Source: a virus
IMG/VR virus record: IMGVR_UViG_3300028197_001738
Span: 1 to 64,000 of that record
Direction: 5' to 3' (one strand)
Length of the DNA: 64,000 nucleotides
The position numbers and the translations under genes are program-made. Numbering within the stretch: the first letter of the stretch is position 1; every line of letters starts with the position of its first letter. A model generated the notes under the pieces. That model ran no database searches and was not told the origin of the DNA. It saw nothing but the letters and a program-made list of their open reading frames with translations. Shown piece by piece: positions 29,410-39,572 of the stretch.

Positions 29410-31041
29410 ATGTCAGAATATTTTGCTTTTTCTTGTGGCTGTAAGTTCAAAGTCTTAAATAAAGATTGCGATCCTCCACTTATTGATTTTAATCCTGAAT
29501 TAGAGTCTATAAATCTTAATTGTGAAAAAACTTGGGATCTGATATCTTCTGGTAATACCAAAGGGTGTTTCCAGTTAGAATCTCGCTTAGGCCAGACAAT
29601 GGCCAAGAAGCTAAAACCCTCAAATATTAATGAGCTTTCTGGATTGATAAGTATTCTTAGGCCGGGATGCCTAGAAGCTTATCGTGATGGAAAAAGTGTT
29701 TCCAGTCATTATATAGACAAAAAGAATGGTTTGGAATCAATTGATTATTTTCATCCCGCTTTGGAGCCTATTTTAAAACATACATATTCTGAAATGATTT
29801 ATCAAGAACAAGCTATGTCTATATCTAAAGAATTGGCTGGTTTTGATCTACAACAAGCTGATGAATTAAGAAAAGCTATTGGTAAGAAACAAGCAGATAA
29901 AATGGCAAAGCTTAAAAAGAGCTTTATCAAAGGTTGTGCAAAAAGAAAGTCTGTGTCTAAAGATGAGTCAGAACAGATATTTGGATGGATTGAAAAATCC
30001 CAGAGGTATTTATTTAATGCCAGTCATTCTATTAGTTATGCCATGAATGCCTATCTGTCTGCTTATGCTAAAGCGCATTTCCCTAAAATATTCTTTGCTT
30101 CATATTTACGTTTTGCCAAAGACAAAATGGATTCTCAACAAGAGATTAAAGAGTTGGTAAGAAATGCTAATGAAATGGATATTAAAATTAGCATACCTGA
30201 TTTAAGAAATCTCAATGAATTTTTTATCCTAAAAAACAAAATCATATACTTCGGCCTAACAGACATAAAAGGCGTCGGTCAGTCCGTATATAAAAAAATA
30301 ATAAAGATGGCAGAAGAAAAAGATATTATTGAGTATAGTTGGCTGGAAACTTTATTTGAAGTACTATTAAATATTAATTCAACTGCCAGTAAAGCACTAA
30401 TTTCTTGTGGTGCTCTGGATTATTATAAAAAAAATAGAACAGATATGTTATTCAATTATGATCTTATTTCTGAATTAACAAAAAAAGAATCAGACATATG
30501 CAGAAACATTATATCTGAGTCTAAAAATAAAGATATCAAAATAATAAAAGTGCTAGAGCAACTACTAGAAGCCCCTAGAATACAGAAAAATAGAAAAAAA
30601 ATAATAAATAATATAATTAGCAGTATCAAGAAACCTCCTTACTCCCTGATAGATAAGATAGAGTGGCTGTCCGACTCCGAAAACAATATGCTCGGTGCAT
30701 CAATTACGTGTTTTAAAATTGATACATATGATACTGCTATGGCTAACTGTAATTGTAAAAGCTTTAAAACTTCAGTTGTAAGTAGTAATATTGTCATTGC
30801 TGGAGAAATTAATAATATAAATATTATTAAAACCAAAAAAGGTAAAAATCCTGGACAAGAAATGGCTTTTGTTAGTATTGAAGATCAGTACGGAATACTA
30901 GACTCTGTAATATTTTTCCCTGAACAACTGTCTAAATATAGAACACATCTTTTCAATGGCAATATCTTAATATTCAGCGGTAACAAAAGCAAAGATAAGG
31001 ACGGATTGATAGTAGAAAAATGTTTTATGCCAGCGACTTGA
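29410..31041 (+). CDS. dnaE: DNA polymerase III alpha, C-terminal part (fingers, HhH, OB fold)
   Basis: GCFQLES, LRPG, YQEQ.M, LRKAIGKK, YLFN.SH, FGL..IKGVG, MAFVSIED..G. Confidence 0.92.
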   Translation: MSEYFAFSCGCKFKVLNKDCDPPLIDFNPELESINLNCEKTWDLISSGNTKGCFQLESRLGQTMAKKLKPSNINELSGLISILRPGCLEAYRDGKSVSSHYIDKKNGLESIDYFHPALEPILKHTYSEMIYQEQAMSISKELAGFDLQQADELRKAIGKKQADKMAKLKKSFIKGCAKRKSVSKDESEQIFGWIEKSQRYLFNASHSISYAMNAYLSAYAKAHFPKIFFASYLRFAKDKMDSQQEIKELVRNANEMDIKISIPDLRNLNEFFILKNKIIYFGLTDIKGVGQSVYKKIIKMAEEKDIIEYSWLETLFEVLLNINSTASKALISCGALDYYKKNRTDMLFNYDLISELTKKESDICRNIISESKNKDIKIIKVLEQLLEAPRIQKNRKKIINNIISSIKKPPYSLIDKIEWLSDSENNMLGASITCFKIDTYDTAMANCNCKSFKTSVVSSNIVIAGEINNINIIKTKKGKNPGQEMAFVSIEDQYGILDSVIFFPEQLSKYRTHLFNGNILIFSGNKSKDKDGLIVEKCFMPAT

Positions 31042-31068
31042 CACCATAAAACCAGCATGTATTATAAT
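31038..31068 (+). promoter_or_regulatory. Sigma70-like promoter for ssb
   Basis: TTGACA at 31038-31043 and TATAAT at 31063-31068 (19-nt spacer; alternative TATTAT at 16 nt). Confidence 0.55.
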
Positions 31069-31108
31069 GTATTGAACGATAACTAATTACTTTCTCGGAG
31101 ATTAATTT

Positions 31109-31504
31109 ATGAATATTACATTGTTGAGAGGCAACCTAGCCCGTGACCCTGACTTAAGAGTTGTTAATACTGGAGGCAAACAAACTTCTGTAGTGAATTT
31201 TACAGTAGCTGTATCCAGAGAGTACACTAAGTCTGACGGGACAAAAGATAAGGTTACCTCTTTTATTAATTGCGAAGCTTGGGATACCGGAGCTGAAGTT
31301 ATCAATGAATCCTTTAATAAAGGGGACTTGGTTATGATTGAAGGATCTTTAAGGAATGATTCTTGGGAAAAGGATGGTGTTAAACACAGCACTCTAAAGA
31401 TTAGGGTTAATAATTTCTCAAAAATCACTAAGTTGTCTAGATATAAGCAGCAGCAACCTGCCAGCACAGAAGACTCTAGTAAAGAAGAAACTGTCGCCTT
31501 TTAA
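31109..31504 (+). CDS. ssb: Single-stranded DNA-binding protein
   Basis: MN...L.GNLARDPDLR, F.VAV.R, FINCEAW..AE, KGD.V.IEG.L...WEKDG; acidic tail ending in F. Confidence 0.95.
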   Translation: MNITLLRGNLARDPDLRVVNTGGKQTSVVNFTVAVSREYTKSDGTKDKVTSFINCEAWDTGAEVINESFNKGDLVMIEGSLRNDSWEKDGVKHSTLKIRVNNFSKITKLSRYKQQQPASTEDSSKEETVAF

Positions 31505-31527
31505 CTAGTAATCATAGGATCTTAGAT

Positions 31528-31557
31528 AATAGGGGGGAGTTAATCCCCCCTATTTTA
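31528..31557 (+). terminator. Rho-independent terminator
   Basis: AATAGGGGGGA-gttaa-TCCCCCCTATT followed by TT. Confidence 0.85.
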
Positions 31558-31562
31558 TATAT

Positions 31563-33221
31563 ATGAAACCAAAACTTAAAATTTTAATGTGCTCTGAAGC
31601 AAGCTTTCTTAGTTCCGGATTTGGAACATATACAAAAGAGCTTTTGACTAGATTACACAACACAGAAAAGTATAACATAGCAGAATTTGCTTCTTACGGC
31701 TATGTCAATGATCATAGGGATAAAGACATCCCTTGGAAATATTATGCTAATGCAGTAAGAGAGAATGACAGCAGGCATAGAGAATATTCCTCTCGGCAGG
31801 ACAACCAATTTGGAAGATGGAGATTTGAAAAAGTATTGCTGGATTTTAAGCCAGATGTTGTAGTTGATATAAGGGATTACTGGATGAGTGCTTATCAAGG
31901 TATTTCTCCTTTAAGAAAATATTTTCACTGGATTCTAATGCCCACAGTCGACTCTGCTCCACAGCAAGAAGATTGGATTGATACTTATCTTTCTGCCGAT
32001 GCCATATTTAGCTATTCTGACTGGGGAGGACAAGTTATTCAGCAGCAAAGCAGTGGTGCTGTAAACTATATAGATACTGCATCTCCCGGAGTGGATTTAA
32101 ATATCTTTAAACCACAAAACAAAGCCGCTTGCAAAGCATATCTGGGTATTCCAGAAGATTCCATAATTATAGGATCTGTGATGAGAAATCAAAAACGAAA
32201 ACTTATTCCAGAATTACTCCACGCTTTCAGATCGGTATTAGACAACTTAAAAGAAAACAAAGAAGATGAAAAGGCTAAAAAACTATTTCTTTATCTTCAT
32301 ACTAGCTATCCCGATATGGGTTGGGACATCCCCGAACTATTGAAAGATTTAAGATTATGTAATAAGGTGTTTTTTACATATAGCTGTAGAGGATGTAAAA
32401 ATATTAAATCGACTACATTTTCAGGCCCACAAAAAACTTGCAGTAAATGCATGAACAATGCTTGCTTCTTACCCTCTGTCACAGACGGTATCGAACAAGA
32501 AGATTTAAGCAAAATATATAATACTTTTGATATGTATGTTCAGTATTCCATATGCGAAGGTTTTGGTATGCCTCAAGTGGAGGCCGGAGCCTGTGGAGTA
32601 CCCATTGCCACCGTAGACTACAGCGCTATGTGTGACATTGTTAAAAAGTTAAATGCTTTTGCTGTGCCTCCTAAAACTATTTTTAAAGAAATGGAAACTA
32701 AAGCATATCGTGTCTATCCAGATAACGACATCCTAGAACAGCATATACTAAATTTTATAGACAAGCCATCTCCGATACGAAGTCGAATGGGTTCTGAGGT
32801 AAGATCCTTAACAGAACAAAACTACTGCTGGAATAGAATAGCCAAGGTGTGGGAAAAATATTTAGACGAACTCGACGATAGAGGATACAGGTCAGACTGG
32901 AACGCAGAAGCTACTTATATACAAGAGCATGAAATGAATAAAGATGTGTCTAGCGTTCAAAATTTATTTAAATATTGTGCTACGTATGTTTCTGATTTAT
33001 CTAAAATTGGTAGCTATAAATTTTTAAATATACTTAAAGACTCAGACTATGGTTTTACCGTTAAAGGCCCTACTTCCATAGTCCCTGCTGGTAAACAGGA
33101 TATGGAGAATTTCTTTCAAATGTATGCCAAAGCCCATAACACTGCTGAAAAAGCCAGAGTGTCAGGAGCAACATCTCAAGAAGACTTTATAGTATATGCC
33201 AAAATGAAAGCATCTTCATAA
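31563..33221 (+). CDS. GT4 (GT-B) glycosyltransferase with an inserted CxxC..CxxC
   Basis: KILMCSE..SGFG, PGVD..IFKP, MRNQKRK, EGFGMPQVEAGACG (EX7E), W..IA..W. Confidence 0.88.
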   Translation: MKPKLKILMCSEASFLSSGFGTYTKELLTRLHNTEKYNIAEFASYGYVNDHRDKDIPWKYYANAVRENDSRHREYSSRQDNQFGRWRFEKVLLDFKPDVVVDIRDYWMSAYQGISPLRKYFHWILMPTVDSAPQQEDWIDTYLSADAIFSYSDWGGQVIQQQSSGAVNYIDTASPGVDLNIFKPQNKAACKAYLGIPEDSIIIGSVMRNQKRKLIPELLHAFRSVLDNLKENKEDEKAKKLFLYLHTSYPDMGWDIPELLKDLRLCNKVFFTYSCRGCKNIKSTTFSGPQKTCSKCMNNACFLPSVTDGIEQEDLSKIYNTFDMYVQYSICEGFGMPQVEAGACGVPIATVDYSAMCDIVKKLNAFAVPPKTIFKEMETKAYRVYPDNDILEQHILNFIDKPSPIRSRMGSEVRSLTEQNYCWNRIAKVWEKYLDELDDRGYRSDWNAEATYIQEHEMNKDVSSVQNLFKYCATYVSDLSKIGSYKFLNILKDSDYGFTVKGPTSIVPAGKQDMENFFQMYAKAHNTAEKARVSGATSQEDFIVYAKMKASS

Positions 33222-34190
33222 ATGAATATTTTATATGTAGGACCATATAGACAAGATAATTTTTATGGCTTGTATTCTCAAGCAGTTATACAAGATTTGG
33301 GATCAAAACATAATTTAAAACTTAGACCTATATTTTATAATAGCTCACAAATTCAACGAGAAACTCTACCTAATATATTCCCACAACTAGAAAATCAAAC
33401 ACTAGAGAGCTATGATTGTCTAATACAGCATGTGGCACTACAAGATATACTATATACTAACGCTTTCAAAAGAAATATAGTAATTCCTATTATAGATCAT
33501 GAATATGATGACGGTCTTATATCTAACAAAGGTGTTGATGAATTTTTCTTAGACTCTGACTGCGAAAACATACCTTTACCAGAACAAAAGGTAAAGAAAT
33601 TTGAATTAAACCTAGACTTTTCAGTTGACAAAAATCAAATTTTTGATATTGGTCCATTAATAGCAACACGCAAGCTGTATTTTGTTGGGGACTATCAAGA
33701 CAATATAGATATTATATTAAGTACTATTAGGTCTTTTGTATATCTCAACAATTTCTTGGATACAGATATCAGCCTAGCTCTGTTTGTTTTTAATATTAGT
33801 GCTCAAGAAATACAACAAATCAAAGAATACATTAAAAAAGTATATGGTGTTTTTGGCTATAAATTCATAGTTGATAAAATTTCTATCACCCCATTATCTA
33901 TGAATATACAAAATATATTATCTGCACATAATTCTGGTAATATTTTCTTAAATTTAAACACACACGCATGTAATGCAATAAATTCTGTGATTGCTACTAG
34001 TCTATCTAAAGAAGTAGTTGATTTTGAATTAAATAATGATATTAGTAATTTATACATCAATGAAAAACCAACTAAACAATGGATAAAAACTTACACGGAT
34101 AAGTCTATAGTCAACAGTATAAAAACCCATTTCACTGCCAAAAATACGAAACAACCAATTAAGCACAAAAAAATAAATAACTTATTATGA
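33222..34190 (+). CDS. Divergent GT-B-like protein
   Basis: MNILYVGPYRQD..YG N-terminal strand; no intact EX7E. Confidence 0.5.
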   Translation: MNILYVGPYRQDNFYGLYSQAVIQDLGSKHNLKLRPIFYNSSQIQRETLPNIFPQLENQTLESYDCLIQHVALQDILYTNAFKRNIVIPIIDHEYDDGLISNKGVDEFFLDSDCENIPLPEQKVKKFELNLDFSVDKNQIFDIGPLIATRKLYFVGDYQDNIDIILSTIRSFVYLNNFLDTDISLALFVFNISAQEIQQIKEYIKKVYGVFGYKFIVDKISITPLSMNIQNILSAHNSGNIFLNLNTHACNAINSVIATSLSKEVVDFELNNDISNLYINEKPTKQWIKTYTDKSIVNSIKTHFTAKNTKQPIKHKKINNLL

Positions 34191-35044
34191 AATCATTACC
34201 TGTAGCTAATATAGTCAATAGTCTAATATATCAAGATAATTTTAATATCGTTTATGATAGTCATGGAAGCTTATTTGATCTGATTATAAAATCTATGGAC
34301 TTTGCCATACACGACGCAGATATTGCTCATTCGGATATGTGGTATCATTCATTTTTAACTAATAATCCTATAAATTTCACAAATAAATATATGAACACAG
34401 CTATATCTTCTCATTTAAATACATTGGCGATTTTTCATGATGGAGTACCTCCTCAACTCAAAAAAGAGGATGTAATGATATTGCAAAATCAAATTAAAAA
34501 TTCAATTAAGATATTAACAGATGGATCTTTAGCGAGTCAGTGGCTTCCGTCAGATGACAAATGGTATACTGTTAATTATGGCATTCCCTATATAGATCAT
34601 GAGGAAGAAGACAGGACAATAGATTGTATCTTATTTAATTTTAGACAAAATAATAATATCACATCATTATTTGACAATATTAAGAAGTCTATCCCTAATA
34701 GTATGATGATGAATGAGTTACCCAAGAGTTTGGAGGAATTATATTCCATACTAGATAAAACTAAAATTTGTATTGATTTCGACAATCGTATAAATTCCTT
34801 AGTTGCAGCATCAAGGGGATGTTTTAATATAACTTCCTATGAGAACACTTTAATAGGATATTACGAAAGAATTAATTCTACAGAAAGTATTGATCAACTT
34901 ATCCTAAATTGTTTGCAACAGATAGATAAAGACAAGACTATTGAACAAATTAATTTTATAAAACAGCACTATTCGTTTGATATATTTGCAGAAAATTTAA
35001 CAAAGATAATTTCGCATATTTCTAAAGAGGTATTTTTATTATGA
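34187..35044 (+). CDS. Divergent GT-B-like protein
   Basis: VNYGIP, L.KTKI.I...SLVAASRGC..IT, FIKQHYSFDIF..NL. Confidence 0.5.
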   Translation: MKSLPVANIVNSLIYQDNFNIVYDSHGSLFDLIIKSMDFAIHDADIAHSDMWYHSFLTNNPINFTNKYMNTAISSHLNTLAIFHDGVPPQLKKEDVMILQNQIKNSIKILTDGSLASQWLPSDDKWYTVNYGIPYIDHEEEDRTIDCILFNFRQNNNITSLFDNIKKSIPNSMMMNELPKSLEELYSILDKTKICIDFDNRINSLVAASRGCFNITSYENTLIGYYERINSTESIDQLILNCLQQIDKDKTIEQINFIKQHYSFDIFAENLTKIISHISKEVFLL

Positions 35045-35457
35045 GAAGAAGCATAAATATTATATGTGATGACTACCGCAATATAGCAGAGGGGTTTGAG
35101 TCAGTCCATATATCTTCTATTAGTAATTTGGTAGATTTTTCTATAGACACTATATTGTATTATAACATAGGTTATTCTCAAAAAGTTGAATCTAAAAAGA
35201 ATTTGCAAGTACTGTCTAATAAACTACGACCTGGAGGATCTATGGTTGTGAAATTTACTAATCTCGATCTGATATGTAAAAACTATTTAGATAAAAAAAT
35301 AAAAAACAATGAATTAATTGACGCTATTAAACATATTAATACCGGGATGTCTGTAGACGAAATGTTTACATTTATAAATAATGATTCTCTAAGAATAACA
35401 AAAATAGCTAAAGAAAATAATGATATTTCTATGGTAGTTACTAAGGTTAGAGTATGA
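35041..35457 (+). CDS. Truncated/degenerate class I methyltransferase-like protein
   Basis: SIDTI...L..L..KLRPGGSMVV. Confidence 0.45.
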   Translation: MRRSINIICDDYRNIAEGFESVHISSISNLVDFSIDTILYYNIGYSQKVESKKNLQVLSNKLRPGGSMVVKFTNLDLICKNYLDKKIKNNELIDAIKHINTGMSVDEMFTFINNDSLRITKIAKENNDISMVVTKVRV

Positions 35458-36239
35458 CAAATAAAACAATAGGAACAGACTGTTCTAGATGCCACTTTTC
35501 ATCACCCATTACTGAAAACAATAACTGTGAATTTAATATTATTGACAATATTAAAGACATTAAAGAGGTAACAGAAAAAAACGGATATTATTACGTCAAC
35601 AACTATAGTTGTGCGTACGCTTTCCCTAAAGACAAAATTAAAGAATTACTAGAACCATTTCCAGATTTAGATGTAGTGGAATATTCTAAATACAGAAGGT
35701 ATGTAAAATATTATTTGATTATAAACAATATGGACAGTAAAGAAGGAATTGATTATATATGTGAACAGATTAATAAATTAACGATAAAACCACAAGCGAT
35801 ATCTATATTAGTTAAATCCACAGATATGGTTAGCCTTATCGAAGAATGCAACGAAAAAATAAATCATGTTGATGACATGGTATGGAGACTACATAATTTT
35901 AAAAATAAAGACATATCAGAATCAATGGCTATGCACACTGTGTTAAGCACAAGTTCTCATTTAAAGAAATGTCATTTTATTTGGTCTTTAAACGACACAG
36001 ATTTATTATATTCTGCCGATAACAAGCTGATAGAGAATATTAATTTTATTGCAAATGTTATTCAGCCTCCAGTGGGTATACTTAAATCTAAAAAATCAAA
36101 TAATTATCATAGCAATATTTTCATTACTAAAAGCAATTACCAAAATCTAATTAGTCAATTATCTCAAGATCTTGACAAAGCCATTCAAATGTTTCTAGAA
36201 GAAGAACCGGAAGCAGAAATAACTATTTATGATGATTAA
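35454..36239 (+). CDS. Hypothetical protein with Cys-rich N-terminus and possible degenerate GT-A fold
   Basis: CSRC..C..C; I..LTIKPQ.I.I. Confidence 0.45.
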   Translation: MTNKTIGTDCSRCHFSSPITENNNCEFNIIDNIKDIKEVTEKNGYYYVNNYSCAYAFPKDKIKELLEPFPDLDVVEYSKYRRYVKYYLIINNMDSKEGIDYICEQINKLTIKPQAISILVKSTDMVSLIEECNEKINHVDDMVWRLHNFKNKDISESMAMHTVLSTSSHLKKCHFIWSLNDTDLLYSADNKLIENINFIANVIQPPVGILKSKKSNNYHSNIFITKSNYQNLISQLSQDLDKAIQMFLEEEPEAEITIYDD

Positions 36240-36915
36240 TGCTCTTATAATAGCATCTGAAATCACCAAAGGCATGAAATCTCTAGGTTCGAGATCGATG
36301 CTTAATATCAATTCAAAGAATAAAATTATTGATCAACAAATATCTTCTATCAAAACTATTCACAGAAATGCAGAAATTACCATTTCTTGTGGTTTTGAAT
36401 ATGAAAAAATAAATAATTATATTAACAAAAGATATAAAAACATTCAATTAATACATAATAAAGACTATGAAACAACCAATGAAGCCAGAGATATAGAATT
36501 ATTTTTAATCGATAAAAAACCTGATGATATAGATTATTTGTTTATAATCAGCGGTGGCGTTTTATTAAAAAAGAAGGCTATCTCTTTTACTAAAATCAAA
36601 AAGTCCTCAAGAATTTTTTTAATGAGAAGTGTAAAAAATAATTTTAAATTGGGGTGTTCAAAAAAAGATAATATAGAGTATGTGTTTTATGACTTAGACA
36701 TACCTTGGTGTGAGTGCTTATTATTGAATAAAGAAAGTGTTATTAAATTAAAATCTTTTATACAAGGAAACAACGTATTAAATATGTATTTGTTTGAAAT
36801 GTTGAACAGCATACTCACAATAGACGATATCCAACCGTGCTATATTAATAAAAATGACATAATGAAAATTACAAGTTTTGCAGATATAACTAGGGCTAAA
36901 AGTTTTATAACATGA
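36229..36915 (+). CDS. Degenerate NTP-sugar/choline nucleotidyltransferase-like (LicC/GlmU fold)
   Basis: ALIIAS...KGMKSLG..SML.I..IIDQQI..GFEYEKI..NKDYETTN; canonical G.G.R motif altered. Confidence 0.6.
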   Translation: MMINALIIASEITKGMKSLGSRSMLNINSKNKIIDQQISSIKTIHRNAEITISCGFEYEKINNYINKRYKNIQLIHNKDYETTNEARDIELFLIDKKPDDIDYLFIISGGVLLKKKAISFTKIKKSSRIFLMRSVKNNFKLGCSKKDNIEYVFYDLDIPWCECLLLNKESVIKLKSFIQGNNVLNMYLFEMLNSILTIDDIQPCYINKNDIMKITSFADITRAKSFIT

Positions 36916-37619
36916 AAAAAATATTTATAGAATCGATAAACAATAAACTGTTTACAAACCTGAGAATAATTAAAGACAATATACAAATATTTAATGGCAA
37001 CTTAGGTAACAATATATATCAAATATTTTATAAAACTAAATTTGATTCGATAATTATAGCATCAGTTATTAACGAAAGTATAGTCCAGTTTGCAGAAGAG
37101 TTTAAAGATAAAAAAGTATACATATACGATCAAAATAGATCGCTAGATCAAAATATAATAGACAACAACAAGTCTATAGATTTTATCTTGCCATCAAACA
37201 ACAAAACCAATAAACAAGGCAATAGACTAAACATAAACACAAATATGATAAACGATCAGTTGCTACAAAATACTGATGGCTCTAAGCAAAACTATATATC
37301 ATGCTTTTTAGACAGCGTACAAATATTACCACAAGAACTAAATTCAGAACTTTATCCAAACTCGCACAAAAAAATTAAAATGTTTAACAATGTAAAAATA
37401 CAACATCCTCAAAATCTTGGGATAATAACAGAAAGAGAACGGCTTAAAATTCTATCTGAGTCAGAATATTATTTAAATTTAGACGATCAATATGTTATAG
37501 AGGCTGCTATCAATGGATGTAAAATTCTTAGCCTAGAATCTTTGTCAAAATTAAAGCCTATGGATTACGACATCCCTGAATATGAAACATATCAAAACTT
37601 TATTAAGGAATACATATGA
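36912..37619 (+). CDS. Divergent GT-B C-terminal-like protein
   Basis: NLGII.E.E..KILSESEYYL..YVIEAAINGCKIL. Confidence 0.45.
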   Translation: MKKIFIESINNKLFTNLRIIKDNIQIFNGNLGNNIYQIFYKTKFDSIIIASVINESIVQFAEEFKDKKVYIYDQNRSLDQNIIDNNKSIDFILPSNNKTNKQGNRLNINTNMINDQLLQNTDGSKQNYISCFLDSVQILPQELNSELYPNSHKKIKMFNNVKIQHPQNLGIITERERLKILSESEYYLNLDDQYVIEAAINGCKILSLESLSKLKPMDYDIPEYETYQNFIKEYI

Positions 37620-38092
37620 GAGAACTACCAGATATAGGAGTAGTATTATTAAATCTGGATAATAGTCCTGTTTACTCTTTAATTTTAAAAAATTTATCAA
37701 CAATGGCTAGTAAACTACCATACAACCAAGTTGTAGTCTTTTCTAGTTCTTGCACTATCGCAGACACTCAACATGTCCCAGTTCTGCATATAAGTCACGC
37801 TAAATTCTTCCGTGGTATTTTAATACATATCGATGTAAGCGGTTTGATTATTAGTCAGAATTTCCCTAATCTTACTGATAGATATTTATTTGCTTTTGAC
37901 ACCCCTTGGGTTGGTCAAGAAGTAGGGTATAAACAGTGGAAAAGTCTTTTTATAGATAATAATTTAAAAATAATTAGTGCTAATGTTAGTATAGATAATA
38001 TATATAATTTGTGTTGGAAAGAACCATCAGGAATAGCGGAGGATTTTAATCATGAAAGAATACTCGACATTATCGAAAAAACAAAAAGTTGA
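37616..38092 (+). CDS. Hypothetical protein, possible GT N-terminal-like fragment
   Basis: ATGA overlap; alternating beta/alpha pattern. Confidence 0.45.
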   Translation: MRELPDIGVVLLNLDNSPVYSLILKNLSTMASKLPYNQVVVFSSSCTIADTQHVPVLHISHAKFFRGILIHIDVSGLIISQNFPNLTDRYLFAFDTPWVGQEVGYKQWKSLFIDNNLKIISANVSIDNIYNLCWKEPSGIAEDFNHERILDIIEKTKS

Positions 38093-38843
38093 TCTTATAG
38101 ACAAGCTTTATGTTAAAGAAAATAAAAGTTTTGCTGATATAGCAAAAATTTATGGAACATATCCCAATAAAATACTGAGAGACGCGAAGTCTTTTAATGT
38201 GCCTATTCGGACCAAGTCTGAAGCTCAAAAGAACGCACTTAAAACAGGTAAGCACAGACATCCGACCAAGGGGAAGGAAAGATCAGAAGACATTAAAAAC
38301 AAAATAGGTAAAAGCGTAATGAGTGCTTGGGAAAATTTAACAGAATCTGAGTTAAATGATAGAAAAACAAAAGCTCAAGAGAATTGGAGTAAATTAACAG
38401 AAGATAAAAAACTGTCTATTCAAAAATCTGCTACAGATGCTGTTAGATTAGCAAGCAAACTGGGTTCAAAGTTAGAACACTATTTATTAAGAAAACTTAT
38501 AGATAGCGGCTATGCTGTAGACTTTCACAAAGAGCACACTTTGGTAAATACAAAATTGCAGATTGACCTTTTTGTTAGAGACAATAATATAGCAATAGAA
38601 GTCGATGGCCCTTCTCACTTTGCTCCCGTGTGGGGTGAAGAAGTGCTAAAAAGGAATATTGCTTATGATCAAAAAAAAGAAGGACTAATTATAGGCAAGG
38701 GATGGCACTTGATAAGAGTGCAACAGCAAAAAGACTTTTCAAAAACAAGAGCCGACTTTCTTTTCGAAAAATTAAGAAATGCAATTGTTCAAATCATAGA
38801 TTCAAATTCGGATACTGTACTATCGCTAACTATAGAGGATTAA
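38052..38843 (+). CDS. HTH + NUMOD3-like + Vsr/DUF559 endonuclease (homing-endonuclease-like)
   Basis: SFADIAKIYG; KGKERSEDIKNKI; QIDLF..IAIEVDGPSH..DQKK..GW.LIR. Confidence 0.75.
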   Translation: MKEYSTLSKKQKVDLIDKLYVKENKSFADIAKIYGTYPNKILRDAKSFNVPIRTKSEAQKNALKTGKHRHPTKGKERSEDIKNKIGKSVMSAWENLTESELNDRKTKAQENWSKLTEDKKLSIQKSATDAVRLASKLGSKLEHYLLRKLIDSGYAVDFHKEHTLVNTKLQIDLFVRDNNIAIEVDGPSHFAPVWGEEVLKRNIAYDQKKEGLIIGKGWHLIRVQQQKDFSKTRADFLFEKLRNAIVQIIDSNSDTVLSLTIED

Positions 38844-38844
38844 A

Positions 38845-39570
38845 ATGGCAAAAAAAGCATCTACTAAAAATAATTTGGAAACCAAAGAAATAACCAAAGA
38901 AATAAGCAGTCCCAATATTACGGATGTCGAATGGACTGAATATGTTTTAGGATTATTGTCTGATGACGAAAAAATCAAAGGCAACCCTACAACAGATGGT
39001 CTTAGGAGAGTGTTTGAAATAGCTTTAGATTGTATCATAGTGGATTCTACATCAGAAGTTTCTCAGGCTCCAGATCCAGACAATGGAAATAGAGCTACTG
39101 TAGTCCATGGTCTCAGCTATATTTTAAATGACAGCACTCTCACCCCAGAAACTAAATGCAGGACCGTAAACGGTGCGGCAGACGTATACTGGGGCAATTG
39201 TGACAAGATATTTAGAAACCATCCTGTTGCTGTAGCAGAAACTAGAGCAGAAGGAAGGGCTCTTAGAAGAGGTCTTAGATTAAGAAAGGTTGTTGCTGCT
39301 GAAGAAATTGCAGAAAATATAGAAGATGACATTGATGGAAATAATGCTGGGAAAATTACTAATAATCAAATTAATTTTATAGATGTAATATCAGCAAGAT
39401 TAAATGTGAATGTTTTAGAGTTATTGAAATCAAATAAATTAAATAAAGATAATATATATGATATTGACCATTCTTCTGCTGTGTCTATTATTAGATTGTT
39501 ATCTGGATATCAGCAAAACATGAGTGATATATCAGAAAAAATTACGGGCTACTCTAAAGACTGGAAATAA
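38845..39570 (+). CDS. Putative Rad52/Sak-like ssDNA-annealing protein
   Basis: ATV..G.AD....AETRAEGRALRR.L, then IT..QI..I C-terminal module. Confidence 0.55.
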   Translation: MAKKASTKNNLETKEITKEISSPNITDVEWTEYVLGLLSDDEKIKGNPTTDGLRRVFEIALDCIIVDSTSEVSQAPDPDNGNRATVVHGLSYILNDSTLTPETKCRTVNGAADVYWGNCDKIFRNHPVAVAETRAEGRALRRGLRLRKVVAAEEIAENIEDDIDGNNAGKITNNQINFIDVISARLNVNVLELLKSNKLNKDNIYDIDHSSAVSIIRLLSGYQQNMSDISEKITGYSKDWK

Positions 39571-39572
39571 AC

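Noticed and set aside
28500-29500. Split intein, group I intron or frameshift between the dnaE halves
   Set aside because: No intein terminal motifs, and the gap is filled by two intact, tightly coupled ORFs.
31102-31467. Antisense ORF over ssb, and similar short antisense ORFs over nrdJ, recA, dnaG and dnaE
   Set aside because: They fully overlap well-supported genes and have no motifs or SD.
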